Source: Patescibacteria group bacterium
GTDB taxonomy: Bacteria > Patescibacteriota > Microgenomatia > UBA8517
Length of the DNA stretch: 64,000 nucleotides
Direction: 5' to 3'
NCBI GenBank assembly: GCA_036381415.1
Contig: DASVCV010000003.1
Coordinates: forward strand, 4,162-68,161
The notes below the pieces were generated by a model, which was not told where the DNA came from, did not search any database, and saw nothing but the letters and a program-made list of their open reading frames with translations. The translations under genes and the position numbers were made by a program. Shown piece after piece: positions 18,545 through 27,016 of the stretch (within the stretch, counting starts at the first letter, position 1; every line of letters starts with the position of its first letter).

Positions 18545-19704
18545 GCTATTTTTTTAACTATCTCATCTATCTTATCTTTTGGCAACGAAAAACCAACTTG
18601 TTTTAAAAAGTCTTGAGTTGGCTGATTTATATCAACATAAATTTCGGTTGTTCCCTCTCTACCCAAGGTCTCTAAAAACAAACCATTATAATTCCTATCA
18701 TTTTCTAAAGATACAACCTTTAGCACCTCTTCTTTACTTACGGTCGGCTTATATCCCCATTTTTTCCAGAACTCGTAAGATGTATCTACTAATTCTGCTA
18801 CATTAGTATTTGTCCCTATGCTTCTTTGAACAAACCGTTTTGAAAGTTGTCTTAATCTATATCCGTGATCGTGAGAGGAAGGTTTTGTTCCTTCACCTGC
18901 TATTAAGACCATTGTTCTAATGGGGTCTATTATGGAAGCAATTTTATCTGCATCTGCTTGATCGTATAGTTCGTCAAATTCAGTAAAATAATGTTTAGTG
19001 GCGTTGATTGCCCAATTTAGCCTTTCTATTCCAAAACCTATATCAACAATTGATATTTTTTTGTCTTCTGTAACAGGATAATCATGAATATACACACACT
19101 CGCCTAATTCAATTCCGCCTGCATATATTGTAAATTGTGTCTTTGTGAACTTTCTACTACCCCATCTGTCGGGCACATTTTCTACTTGGAATCTTAAACT
19201 GCTTGCACTTACACCCAAACTTGTAATAAGTTTTATAAATTGATTAGACAGTTTTATAAAGTCATCGGGTTTTGCATCTACTGATTCTACTGAAAAATTG
19301 ATGAAAGATGATGAAGTTCCTTCTTTTATTTTATCCATAAACTGGCTCCTTATAACTGGCTGACTTACAACGAATGCTTCTCGTTTTAAATCACTACCTG
19401 TTCTTAGTACTGTTTCTATATGCTGAACTCCTGCTGAAGTAAAAAATGTCGTATCGCCTTTGGGCCTACAAACGGCATCAGGCTCTATTGACTTAACTCC
19501 ATCAAAATATTGGAATATATCTTCTGGTTTTTCCAATGGTTTTCTTTCGCTTGTTACTTGGGGTTTTTCATAATGAGTTGAGGGTGATAGCCTTAGAAAA
19601 TCTTGCCTTTCTTCATCTGCGACTAATCCTAAGTTTTGTGCGATAAAATCCTTGTTTAATTCAGTTTCTTGTGGGTATTTATTTTTAACCCTATCCATGT
19701 TCAT
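18541..19704 (-). CDS. Alanyl-tRNA synthetase catalytic-domain paralog (no editing or C-Ala domains)
   Basis: TFFTSAGVQ, VSQPVIR, DIGFGIERL, DPIRT...PS..DHGYRLRQL match AlaRS N-terminal motifs; only 387 aa. Confidence 0.8.
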   Translation of the reverse strand: MNMDRVKNKYPQETELNKDFIAQNLGLVADEERQDFLRLSPSTHYEKPQVTSERKPLEKPEDIFQYFDGVKSIEPDAVCRPKGDTTFFTSAGVQHIETVLRTGSDLKREAFVVSQPVIRSQFMDKIKEGTSSSFINFSVESVDAKPDDFIKLSNQFIKLITSLGVSASSLRFQVENVPDRWGSRKFTKTQFTIYAGGIELGECVYIHDYPVTEDKKISIVDIGFGIERLNWAINATKHYFTEFDELYDQADADKIASIIDPIRTMVLIAGEGTKPSSHDHGYRLRQLSKRFVQRSIGTNTNVAELVDTSYEFWKKWGYKPTVSKEEVLKVVSLENDRNYNGLFLETLGREGTTEIYVDINQPTQDFLKQVGFSLPKDKIDEIVKKIA

Positions 19705-19707
19705 TAT

Positions 19708-20931
19708 TTAATAAAGTTGAATTTTTTCTTGTAACAGCAATTTTGTAATTTCAGGAATAGATTTAACTTCCTTTTCAACTAGTTTTTTAACGCCATCTTT
19801 GTCTTTGAAATCTTCTGGAAGTGTTATAAATATTGCCCAAGGATCAAGTAAGTCTCTACCACTTTGGCTAATTAAGGCAACTTCGTTAGGAACTTTAAAT
19901 TCTTCATATATTTTTTTACTTATTTCATTAGCAGTCACATAATAAACTTTTCCAATATGATAAACAGGGTTTTTACCACATGCTCCTTCCATGCTCATTG
20001 GTCTAGTTGGTGAAATAACTCCATTTATTCTATTTCCTCTACCAACCAATCCTTCATCTCCACTTTCAATGGAAGAACCTATTGCCGTAAGGTAGAGCTC
20101 CATTGTGTTGAAATTGTCTCTGGTGTTGAAGTTAAGTTCTAAATCTTTTATTCCTAAATCTTTGGAAATTTTAAATATTACTTTCCTTGCCTTTTCCATA
20201 TTAGTTTTATATTCACCAGCAGATTTAACATGGTCTGCTATTTGAGGGATGCACATGGTAATTCCAAACTGGTCATGGTTTCTGTAACCCATTATTTTTA
20301 TGTCTGAACCAATCCAGGGATTTTCCTTTTTAAATTCTTCAGAATTTAAGGTGTTTTCAATTTTTAGTACTAGCTGCTCTAAGATTGTATGTGGTGCATA
20401 GCCTACCCCAAGAGATGTGTCATTTGAAACTAATTTCTTGGTTTCAGGTAAATCTTGTAGTGTTCTAGGTTCAAACCAATGCTTTCTTGGAGCATTTGTA
20501 GATTCAAATTCTTCTGTTTTTCCTGGACTACTTTGGCTACTTAAATTGTAATGAAACTCTAAATCCTTGTCTGGATTTATCATTGGAAATCTAGATTTAA
20601 GAAACTCTTTTGCCCAAGAAATTAACATTTCTTTAACAGGTATTTCTTCATCCCCAAACTTGGTTGATGCACGACCATTTAGTAAAACTCTAATTGGCTT
20701 AATCAGATAACCTTTACCAAACGTTACAAAAGAAGCTCCACCTAGAAGTCCCACTTTGTCAAAATTGTGATGTAAAACTGCTCCAAATTTTTCAAGGGTA
20801 TAGTTAGAGTATTTGACAGATAAAACCTCTGCTAATGCATCTGATAGGGTGTCTGGATGTCCAATCCCCTTTCTTTCAACAAACTCATAATCTGGGCTGT
20901 CTTTAGGCTTTTTAGTAATATAGATATTCAT
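19708..20931 (-). CDS. Archaeal-type S-adenosylmethionine synthetase (methionine adenosyltransferase)
   Basis: [57 protein letters not shown]. Confidence 0.9.
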   Translation of the reverse strand: MNIYITKKPKDSPDYEFVERKGIGHPDTLSDALAEVLSVKYSNYTLEKFGAVLHHNFDKVGLLGGASFVTFGKGYLIKPIRVLLNGRASTKFGDEEIPVKEMLISWAKEFLKSRFPMINPDKDLEFHYNLSSQSSPGKTEEFESTNAPRKHWFEPRTLQDLPETKKLVSNDTSLGVGYAPHTILEQLVLKIENTLNSEEFKKENPWIGSDIKIMGYRNHDQFGITMCIPQIADHVKSAGEYKTNMEKARKVIFKISKDLGIKDLELNFNTRDNFNTMELYLTAIGSSIESGDEGLVGRGNRINGVISPTRPMSMEGACGKNPVYHIGKVYYVTANEISKKIYEEFKVPNEVALISQSGRDLLDPWAIFITLPEDFKDKDGVKKLVEKEVKSIPEITKLLLQEKIQLY

Positions 20932-21104
20932 AGGAGCTCAATTATAGCAGTACTCATCTGTAAAACCCAAATAATAGGGTCATTTTAAAGTAGATCTAGC
21001 TTTAAAGAACCGTAATCTCTTATTCTCCTCTGGAATTAAGGATGAGTTTGTGATATTATCTTTACCCAAAGGGTGAAGAAAAACTTGATTCCAATTACTA
21101 AACA

Positions 21105-21422
21105 ATGTATATTGAATTTGTTAACAGTAAAATTCGAAAGGTGTGTGAAAAGCGTTCAATTGCCATTAAAAAATTAGGTTTGAGAAATGCAGACTTGGTG
21201 GTTCAAAGAATAATGGAAATGGAAGCGGCAGCAAGTTTACAAGATTTAAGGATTTTACCAGGCCCAAGATGTCATCCTTTGAGCGGAGATAGAAAGGGAC
21301 AATATGCTGTTGACCTTGTTCATCCCAAAAGATTAGTTTTTTTGCCAGTAACTAAACTAAACGAAATTGCAGAAAGTTTGATTACAGAAATAATGGTTAT
21401 CGAAATAGTAGATTATCATTAA
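21105..21422 (+). CDS. HigB-like (RelE/ParE superfamily) toxin
   Basis: RCHPLSGDRKGQYAVDL..PKRLVF...IEIVDYH. Confidence 0.85.
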   Translation: MYIEFVNSKIRKVCEKRSIAIKKLGLRNADLVVQRIMEMEAAASLQDLRILPGPRCHPLSGDRKGQYAVDLVHPKRLVFLPVTKLNEIAESLITEIMVIEIVDYH

Positions 21423-21424
21423 CT

Positions 21425-22510
21425 ATGATTAAGCAAAAAATAAATAATTACACACCAGATTTTATTGTTCACCCAGGTGTCACTTTGTCTGAAACGCTGG
21501 GTGCTATTGGTATGAGTCAAACCGAATTGTCCAAAAGAATTTCCCGACCAGAAACGGCAATTAGTGAAATTATAAACGGTTCCAAATCACTTACTCCCGA
21601 GACAGCAATCCAATTAGAAAGAGCTCTGGGCATCCCAGCTTCATTTTGGAATAATCTTGAGAAGAATTATCAGGAACTTAAAGCTAAATCTGAGTCTAAA
21701 AAAGCTTTACTTAAACAATCCGACCTAGCTGCAAATTATCCTTATGCTGAAATGGCAAAAAATGGCTGGGTGCAACAGACCAACAGTCTAGAAGAAAAAA
21801 TTGAAAATTTGTTGTCCTTCTTTGCAGTGGATAAATTATCTGTAATACCTGAAGTCATGCCTACTGCTTTTAGACAGCATAATGGGCGTTCTATATCCCA
21901 CTACTCTATACAAGCATGGCTGAGGAAGGGACTTATAGACAGTCAAATGGTAGATACAAAACCGTTTAATAAACAAAAATTAAACAATTTACTTGACGAG
22001 TTTAGAACGCTTTCAGTTGAAACCCCCAATATTATAGTGGACAAATTAACAAGATCCCTTGCAGAGTGCGGGATTGCTCTTGTATTCACAAAGGATTTAC
22101 CAAACACTTATGTCTGTGGAGCTTCTCGTTGGATAACACCTAACAAGGCAATCCTACAACTTTCATTAAGAGGACTTTATGCAGATATAATGTGGTTTAC
22201 TTTTTATCATGAATTAGGACACTTGTTGTTGCATAGCAAAAAGAAATATTTTGTAGATTTAAATCACACGACAAATAACACTGAGGAGGAAAAAGAAGCA
22301 GACAATTTTGCTTCGGAACACATTATCCCTGAACAAAAATTGTCTGAATTTATTTCAAAGAATGAAATTAGCGTCACATCAATTACAAATTTTGCTAACG
22401 AATTAGGTATCCATCCAGGAATTATTGTAGGTAGGCTCCAACACAAAAAGAAAATAGAATACAAGGATTTTAATCACCTAAGAGCTAAATATTATTTTGT
22501 AAAATCATAA
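21425..22510 (+). CDS. HigA-type XRE antitoxin fused to ImmA/IrrE metallopeptidase
   Basis: VHPG, HTH, FWNNL; WFTFYHELGH...EKEADNFA. Confidence 0.88.
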   Translation: MIKQKINNYTPDFIVHPGVTLSETLGAIGMSQTELSKRISRPETAISEIINGSKSLTPETAIQLERALGIPASFWNNLEKNYQELKAKSESKKALLKQSDLAANYPYAEMAKNGWVQQTNSLEEKIENLLSFFAVDKLSVIPEVMPTAFRQHNGRSISHYSIQAWLRKGLIDSQMVDTKPFNKQKLNNLLDEFRTLSVETPNIIVDKLTRSLAECGIALVFTKDLPNTYVCGASRWITPNKAILQLSLRGLYADIMWFTFYHELGHLLLHSKKKYFVDLNHTTNNTEEEKEADNFASEHIIPEQKLSEFISKNEISVTSITNFANELGIHPGIIVGRLQHKKKIEYKDFNHLRAKYYFVKS

Positions 22511-22535
22511 AATTATTCTGAAGATGTAATGAATT

Positions 22536-23519
22536 ATGATGACTGGAAAAGAAAAACTCTATTTTCTTCTTGATACTATTGATGATGCAAGGTCTGTATC
22601 ACCTTCTGGCCAACCCTTAATTATTGATCCTGCGAATGACCTAAACGACAGACTTAGAGGTGTTGAATTAGAACAACTATTCACAAAGCTAGAAAAAGAC
22701 GAACAAGTCTTGAAAATTTTGCAAATCCCGAGCGGAATAAAAACTATTAGCATAGTTGAAGATGCTGATCCTTACGATCAGCTTTATGAAAATGACGATG
22801 GGTGTTGGCACATAGAACTTTTGCCTGCTTTTGATGACTATTTTTTAAAAATTCAAAATGAGCTTGAATATCAAGAGTTTACAGGCAAAAAACCGAGTTT
22901 TGAAACAGACATCCAAAGATTGTATGAAAAAATTCAGAAAGTAGATGAGCAAATCAGCATAAGAAGAGAGGCATGGGCTAAAGCTCAATCTACGATAAGC
23001 GACAATTCTTATTATTCTGAAGCAACAAGGACTGGACACCTTGCAAAACTTGAGCAACAAGCACAAACGGATATTGGTAATTTCATTAAACAAAAGGAAA
23101 CATACTTAGTAGAACTTAATCTTAGAAAAACAGATGTTCCAAAAAGCTCCCAAGCAAAACCTTTCAACGAAGAAGATAAATCAAACTCGGACAAGGTGTA
23201 TGAAATCACGTATATCTCAAGAGATATACTGCTTAATAATACTTTTCATTTAGCTAAACCAGATTTTGATAGCGAAAATGAGGTAGTTTTTTCATTTCTG
23301 TTTAATAATCCAAATCAGACTTTTAGTCGAACTGAAATAGAGGTGGAGATCCGAAGGAAAATAGCTAAGTCGCTTCATAAAATTGTAGAGAATCTGGGAT
23401 TTGTAGGTGATCTGAAAAAAGTTTTTTTTAACGTAAGCAAGGATTCTATCTGTTTCAAGAATCCTGTAACTAGACCTGATTTAGACAAGCTAGGGGTTGT
23501 CCACATTAAACTCCCCTAG
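22536..23519 (+). CDS. Hypothetical protein (coiled coil, possible C-terminal winged helix)
   Basis: 327-aa ORF in island. Confidence 0.6.
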   Translation: MMTGKEKLYFLLDTIDDARSVSPSGQPLIIDPANDLNDRLRGVELEQLFTKLEKDEQVLKILQIPSGIKTISIVEDADPYDQLYENDDGCWHIELLPAFDDYFLKIQNELEYQEFTGKKPSFETDIQRLYEKIQKVDEQISIRREAWAKAQSTISDNSYYSEATRTGHLAKLEQQAQTDIGNFIKQKETYLVELNLRKTDVPKSSQAKPFNEEDKSNSDKVYEITYISRDILLNNTFHLAKPDFDSENEVVFSFLFNNPNQTFSRTEIEVEIRRKIAKSLHKIVENLGFVGDLKKVFFNVSKDSICFKNPVTRPDLDKLGVVHIKLP

Positions 23520-23602
23520 CGGTTGATAGGCATACGCTCCTTTTTGTACCTAAGTTTCCCTACCACGACGACAAACTACCAAATCGTCCTTATTCTCCTT
23601 TT

Positions 23603-23734
23603 ATGGAAACAAAAAAAGCGGAACAAACCCAAGAGGAAACAGACAGGCACAAAGATCGTTTGGCCAAATTTTTTAATCTTTTGATTGAAATTGACCAGAA
23701 GAACAAGAGGAAAGAGGTGAATAAAGATGTATAA
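23603..23734 (+). CDS. Small hypothetical protein (43 aa)
   Basis: Hand translation METKKAEQTQEETDRHKDRLAKFFNLLIEIDQKNKRKEVNKDV; first of an overlapping ORF chain. Confidence 0.55.
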   Translation: METKKAEQTQEETDRHKDRLAKFFNLLIEIDQKNKRKEVNKDV

Positions 23735-23861
23735 GAAATCAAATTTTCAAAAGAAACTACAGGAATTACTAGCAAAAGAATACAAGCGAATGCTAAGCGA
23801 AAACATAAAAAAAGGTTTCAAGTTGGCTATAGAAAGGAAAAATAAAAATGAGAATAAGTGA
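23727..23861 (+). CDS. Small protein (44 aa) resembling serine recombinase E-helix
   Basis: MYKKSNFQKKLQELLAKEYKRMLSENIKKGFKLAIERKNKNENK; SD-like GAGGTGA upstream; overlaps both neighbours. Confidence 0.55.
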   Translation: MYKKSNFQKKLQELLAKEYKRMLSENIKKGFKLAIERKNKNENK

Positions 23862-24135
23862 AATTCAGATTATTCCGATCAAACCGCAAAACGGCCTTGT
23901 TGCCTTTGTGAGCTTTGTTTTAGACAGTAACCTTTATCTTAGTTCAATTGGTGTAATCACAAGACCACAAGGTGGTTACAGACTTACCTACCCTACTAAA
24001 AGAGTGGGTGTAAAAGACTTAAATATTTTCTATCCGATAAATAAAACTTTTGCAGAAGAAATAGAAAAGGAGGTGTCAGCAAAGCTTGAAGAAGTAATGA
24101 ATAATTATGATAGATACAATAAAACTAGTGCTTGA
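23848..24135 (+). CDS. SpoVG family nucleic-acid binding protein
   Basis: ISEIQI...LVAFVSFVLD...GYRLTYP...IFYPINK. Confidence 0.75.
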   Translation: MRISEIQIIPIKPQNGLVAFVSFVLDSNLYLSSIGVITRPQGGYRLTYPTKRVGVKDLNIFYPINKTFAEEIEKEVSAKLEEVMNNYDRYNKTSA

Positions 24136-25243
24136 TAGCAGTATGTATACAATTTTAGGTATGAATTTTTTTGAAAAAGGTAAAACAAATATGAGTCGTG
24201 GTTATTCAACATTTGTTCAAAATCCTACACAGAGTGAGTTGAAACGAGGTATATATAGACCGAGATTAACTGAGACTCATAGATATAATTGTTCTGGCCG
24301 TTCAGGTAAGACTTTAACTATTGAACTTTCTCTTCCCAAACTTATGTATGGAAATAATTTTGATGAATTAAAAGATGAAGATTTTCCTGTCGTATTTGAA
24401 AAGCTAAGACAGGTGTTAAAAGATGTGTCTGTTCGTGTTTATGAAAAGAGTTTAGAAAATGCACCTGTTTCTGCGGCTCACTATTCAAAAAACATTCCTT
24501 TAACTGATGGTTTAACTCCTCACTTTCTTATAAGTAAAATTAAAGAAGCGAATATTAAGCTTTCTCTTGATATTAGCGAGACTAGTTACAGTAATGATGG
24601 CCACATCTACAAATGGCACAGCAATTCCTATGAAGTTACTTTTTATGACAAAATTCATGATTTAGGAAAAGCTAAGGTTAGTGACAAAAGAGCAATAGAA
24701 AGAGACAATGCAATTCAGCTTGGTCTATTTGATAACTTTAAAAATAGAAAAATGTTTGAGGTTTTGCGAATGGAGATACGTTTAAAAAGGCCAAAGATGC
24801 GTAAATTATTTAGCGAATTGGGTATAGAAAAAGAATTCACATTTAAGAAACTGTTTAGCTCTCAAATCTCACAAAAAGTATTGCTACATTACCTTAATGA
24901 GATTGAACAGCAACGACTCCCCCTTCTTGACTATTCAACTTCAGACAAAGCTTTGTTGGCTGATTTAGTTATCAATAATCCTTCACTAGGAATAAAAAGA
25001 ACCCTGCAATTATATGGGTTTAAACAAGCGTTAAATAACGTGAGTATTCGTGAATTAAGGACGATGTTTGGGAAATGCAGTTCAAATAGCTGGTATAGAT
25101 TGATGTCTGATGCTAATAAAGTTAAGCCTCTTCCCCATCCAAGTCCTTTTAAAGTTATTAGAGATAATTTAGAAAGATTTGAACCGCTAAACATTGTTGA
25201 CTTTCAAGATGACAAGATGTTAAATAATGATAAATATAACTGA
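24107..25243 (+). CDS. Putative replication initiator (phage/plasmid gene II/X-like, rolling-circle type)
   Basis: MIDTI, IELSLPKLMYGNN, VTFYDK, LRMEIR. Confidence 0.65.
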   Translation: MIDTIKLVLDSSMYTILGMNFFEKGKTNMSRGYSTFVQNPTQSELKRGIYRPRLTETHRYNCSGRSGKTLTIELSLPKLMYGNNFDELKDEDFPVVFEKLRQVLKDVSVRVYEKSLENAPVSAAHYSKNIPLTDGLTPHFLISKIKEANIKLSLDISETSYSNDGHIYKWHSNSYEVTFYDKIHDLGKAKVSDKRAIERDNAIQLGLFDNFKNRKMFEVLRMEIRLKRPKMRKLFSELGIEKEFTFKKLFSSQISQKVLLHYLNEIEQQRLPLLDYSTSDKALLADLVINNPSLGIKRTLQLYGFKQALNNVSIRELRTMFGKCSSNSWYRLMSDANKVKPLPHPSPFKVIRDNLERFEPLNIVDFQDDKMLNNDKYN

Positions 25244-25244
25244 T

Positions 25245-25418
25245 ATGGCACAGGAGTATTACTACTCTATCGAGGAGGTAGCAAAAACGTTAAAAGTTGC
25301 CTACCTTACTGTTTATCGATGGGTACAAGCAAAAAAATTAGCAGCCTTCAAAGCAGGCAAGCAGTACAGGATTAGGAAAGAAGACTTAGATCTGTTCTTA
25401 AAAGGTTATGAAGAATAA
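25245..25418 (+). CDS. Excisionase-like HTH DNA-binding protein
   Basis: YSIEEVAKTLKV..TVYRWV..KKL.AFK.GKQYRI. Confidence 0.85.
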   Translation: MAQEYYYSIEEVAKTLKVAYLTVYRWVQAKKLAAFKAGKQYRIRKEDLDLFLKGYEE

Positions 25419-26223
25419 AGGTATGAATAACTCATTTAAAATTCCAATTGAACAAGAGGATTATGACTATTGTTCTCAATTAGTAAGAAAAGAAATCAGT
25501 AAAATAATTCAAACAGCTATTGAAAAAGGTGATAACAAAATATTTATTCATACAAATCTACGCAGAGGGCTACCATTAGAAAATATAAACAAAGTTGCAG
25601 GTCCTTTTGTGGAAGCATGGGCATTGGAAAAGTTTGAAAAAATAGCTGAAAATCCTTTAAACGAATATAACTTAGTTAATGTTGAACCTGGTGTGCGTTT
25701 GGCACCATACGATATTATTCTTCAGTTTAAGAAGAAAAAGAGTAATGCTTCAGAAGTAGCGACTGCAAATGTGGATGTGAAAGCTACCTCAGACGATATT
25801 CCAACCTCTGGCCGAAGTCCAAACATAACTTCCTTTGGCAGGATACGAACAGAATATATTAACGATCCAGATTACATTTTTATTATTTTGTCATTGAAAC
25901 ATAAAGTCTATGGTGAAAGAAATGACAAAACTGGGATGACAAATGGAATTATGGAAGTTACAACCTACTCAGTTTACGATTTAAAATATGTAGATGAAAA
26001 AGATATTAGTTATAATCCAGCTCTCGGAACAGGTCAATTGCAAATACGAGACATTCATTATGTGTCTGAGACAAAAAGAACTACTTGGGAATTTCTCCAA
26101 ATATTGGATAGGAAGTTTATACGCTCAAAAGGCCAATCTGCTTGGGACAAGTTGGCAAAAATACATGGTTGGTTAATCGGAACAGAACCAAAAGTAGAAG
26201 TTACCGCAGAAGAAGTTCTATGA
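25408..26223 (+). CDS. Putative type II restriction endonuclease
   Basis: PYD...VDVK (PD-D/ExK-like); translationally coupled to MTase. Confidence 0.65.
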   Translation: MKNKGMNNSFKIPIEQEDYDYCSQLVRKEISKIIQTAIEKGDNKIFIHTNLRRGLPLENINKVAGPFVEAWALEKFEKIAENPLNEYNLVNVEPGVRLAPYDIILQFKKKKSNASEVATANVDVKATSDDIPTSGRSPNITSFGRIRTEYINDPDYIFIILSLKHKVYGERNDKTGMTNGIMEVTTYSVYDLKYVDEKDISYNPALGTGQLQIRDIHYVSETKRTTWEFLQILDRKFIRSKGQSAWDKLAKIHGWLIGTEPKVEVTAEEVL

Positions 26224-27014
26224 AGACTAATTATTTCATTGTTGGTGATGCCATTGAAAAAATGCAAAGACTCCCGAACGAGTCTATTGATTTAGTGGCA
26301 ACTGATCCACCTTATAATCTAGGGAAGAATTACGGCAATAACATCGACTACAAGGAGTGGCATGATTACCAACTGTTTACAGAAAGATGGCTGTCTGAGG
26401 CTGTGAGAGTTTTGAAATCATCAGGTAGTATTTATGTGTTTATGGGGGTAAGGTTTATTTCTAAGCTATTTACTTTAATGGAAGAAAAAGGCTTATTATT
26501 CAATGGTTGGATCACCTGGCACTACACTCAAGGTATGGGTAGAACACTTGGATTTTCCCCACGACATGAAGATCTTTTGTATTTTACCAAATCATCTAAT
26601 TTTACTTTTAATTTAGATGATATAAGAGTTCCACAAAAATACTTCCGAGAAAGAAATAACATGAAGGGTGCAAACCCTGGTGACGTTTGGCTGTTTTCTC
26701 ATGTTCATTACTCAAATCCAGAAAGGCAACCTCACCCTACACAAAAACCCTTGGCTGTAATGGAAAGGATAATTAAAGCAAGTTCAAATAAAGGTGATCT
26801 CGTTTTAGATCCGTTTGTAGGAAGTGGAAGTACATGCGTTGCTGCAAATGCACTAGATCGAAAATGGATAGGAATTGATACTAATCCAGATTATATTAAA
26901 ATGTCTAAAAAAAGAATATCGGAAATTTATTCTCCTGACTCCTTTGACCCTCGTCAAAGCAGAACTCCCCGAGATCTTAAAAAAAATGTTAATCAGAAAG
27001 GTTTACTTTTTTGA
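26220..27014 (+). CDS. DNA N6-adenine/N4-cytosine methyltransferase (beta class)
   Basis: DPPY, HPTQKP, VLDPFVGSGST; ATG at 26220 overlaps REase stop (ATGA). Confidence 0.93.
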   Translation: MKTNYFIVGDAIEKMQRLPNESIDLVATDPPYNLGKNYGNNIDYKEWHDYQLFTERWLSEAVRVLKSSGSIYVFMGVRFISKLFTLMEEKGLLFNGWITWHYTQGMGRTLGFSPRHEDLLYFTKSSNFTFNLDDIRVPQKYFRERNNMKGANPGDVWLFSHVHYSNPERQPHPTQKPLAVMERIIKASSNKGDLVLDPFVGSGSTCVAANALDRKWIGIDTNPDYIKMSKKRISEIYSPDSFDPRQSRTPRDLKKNVNQKGLLF

Positions 27015-27016
27015 CA

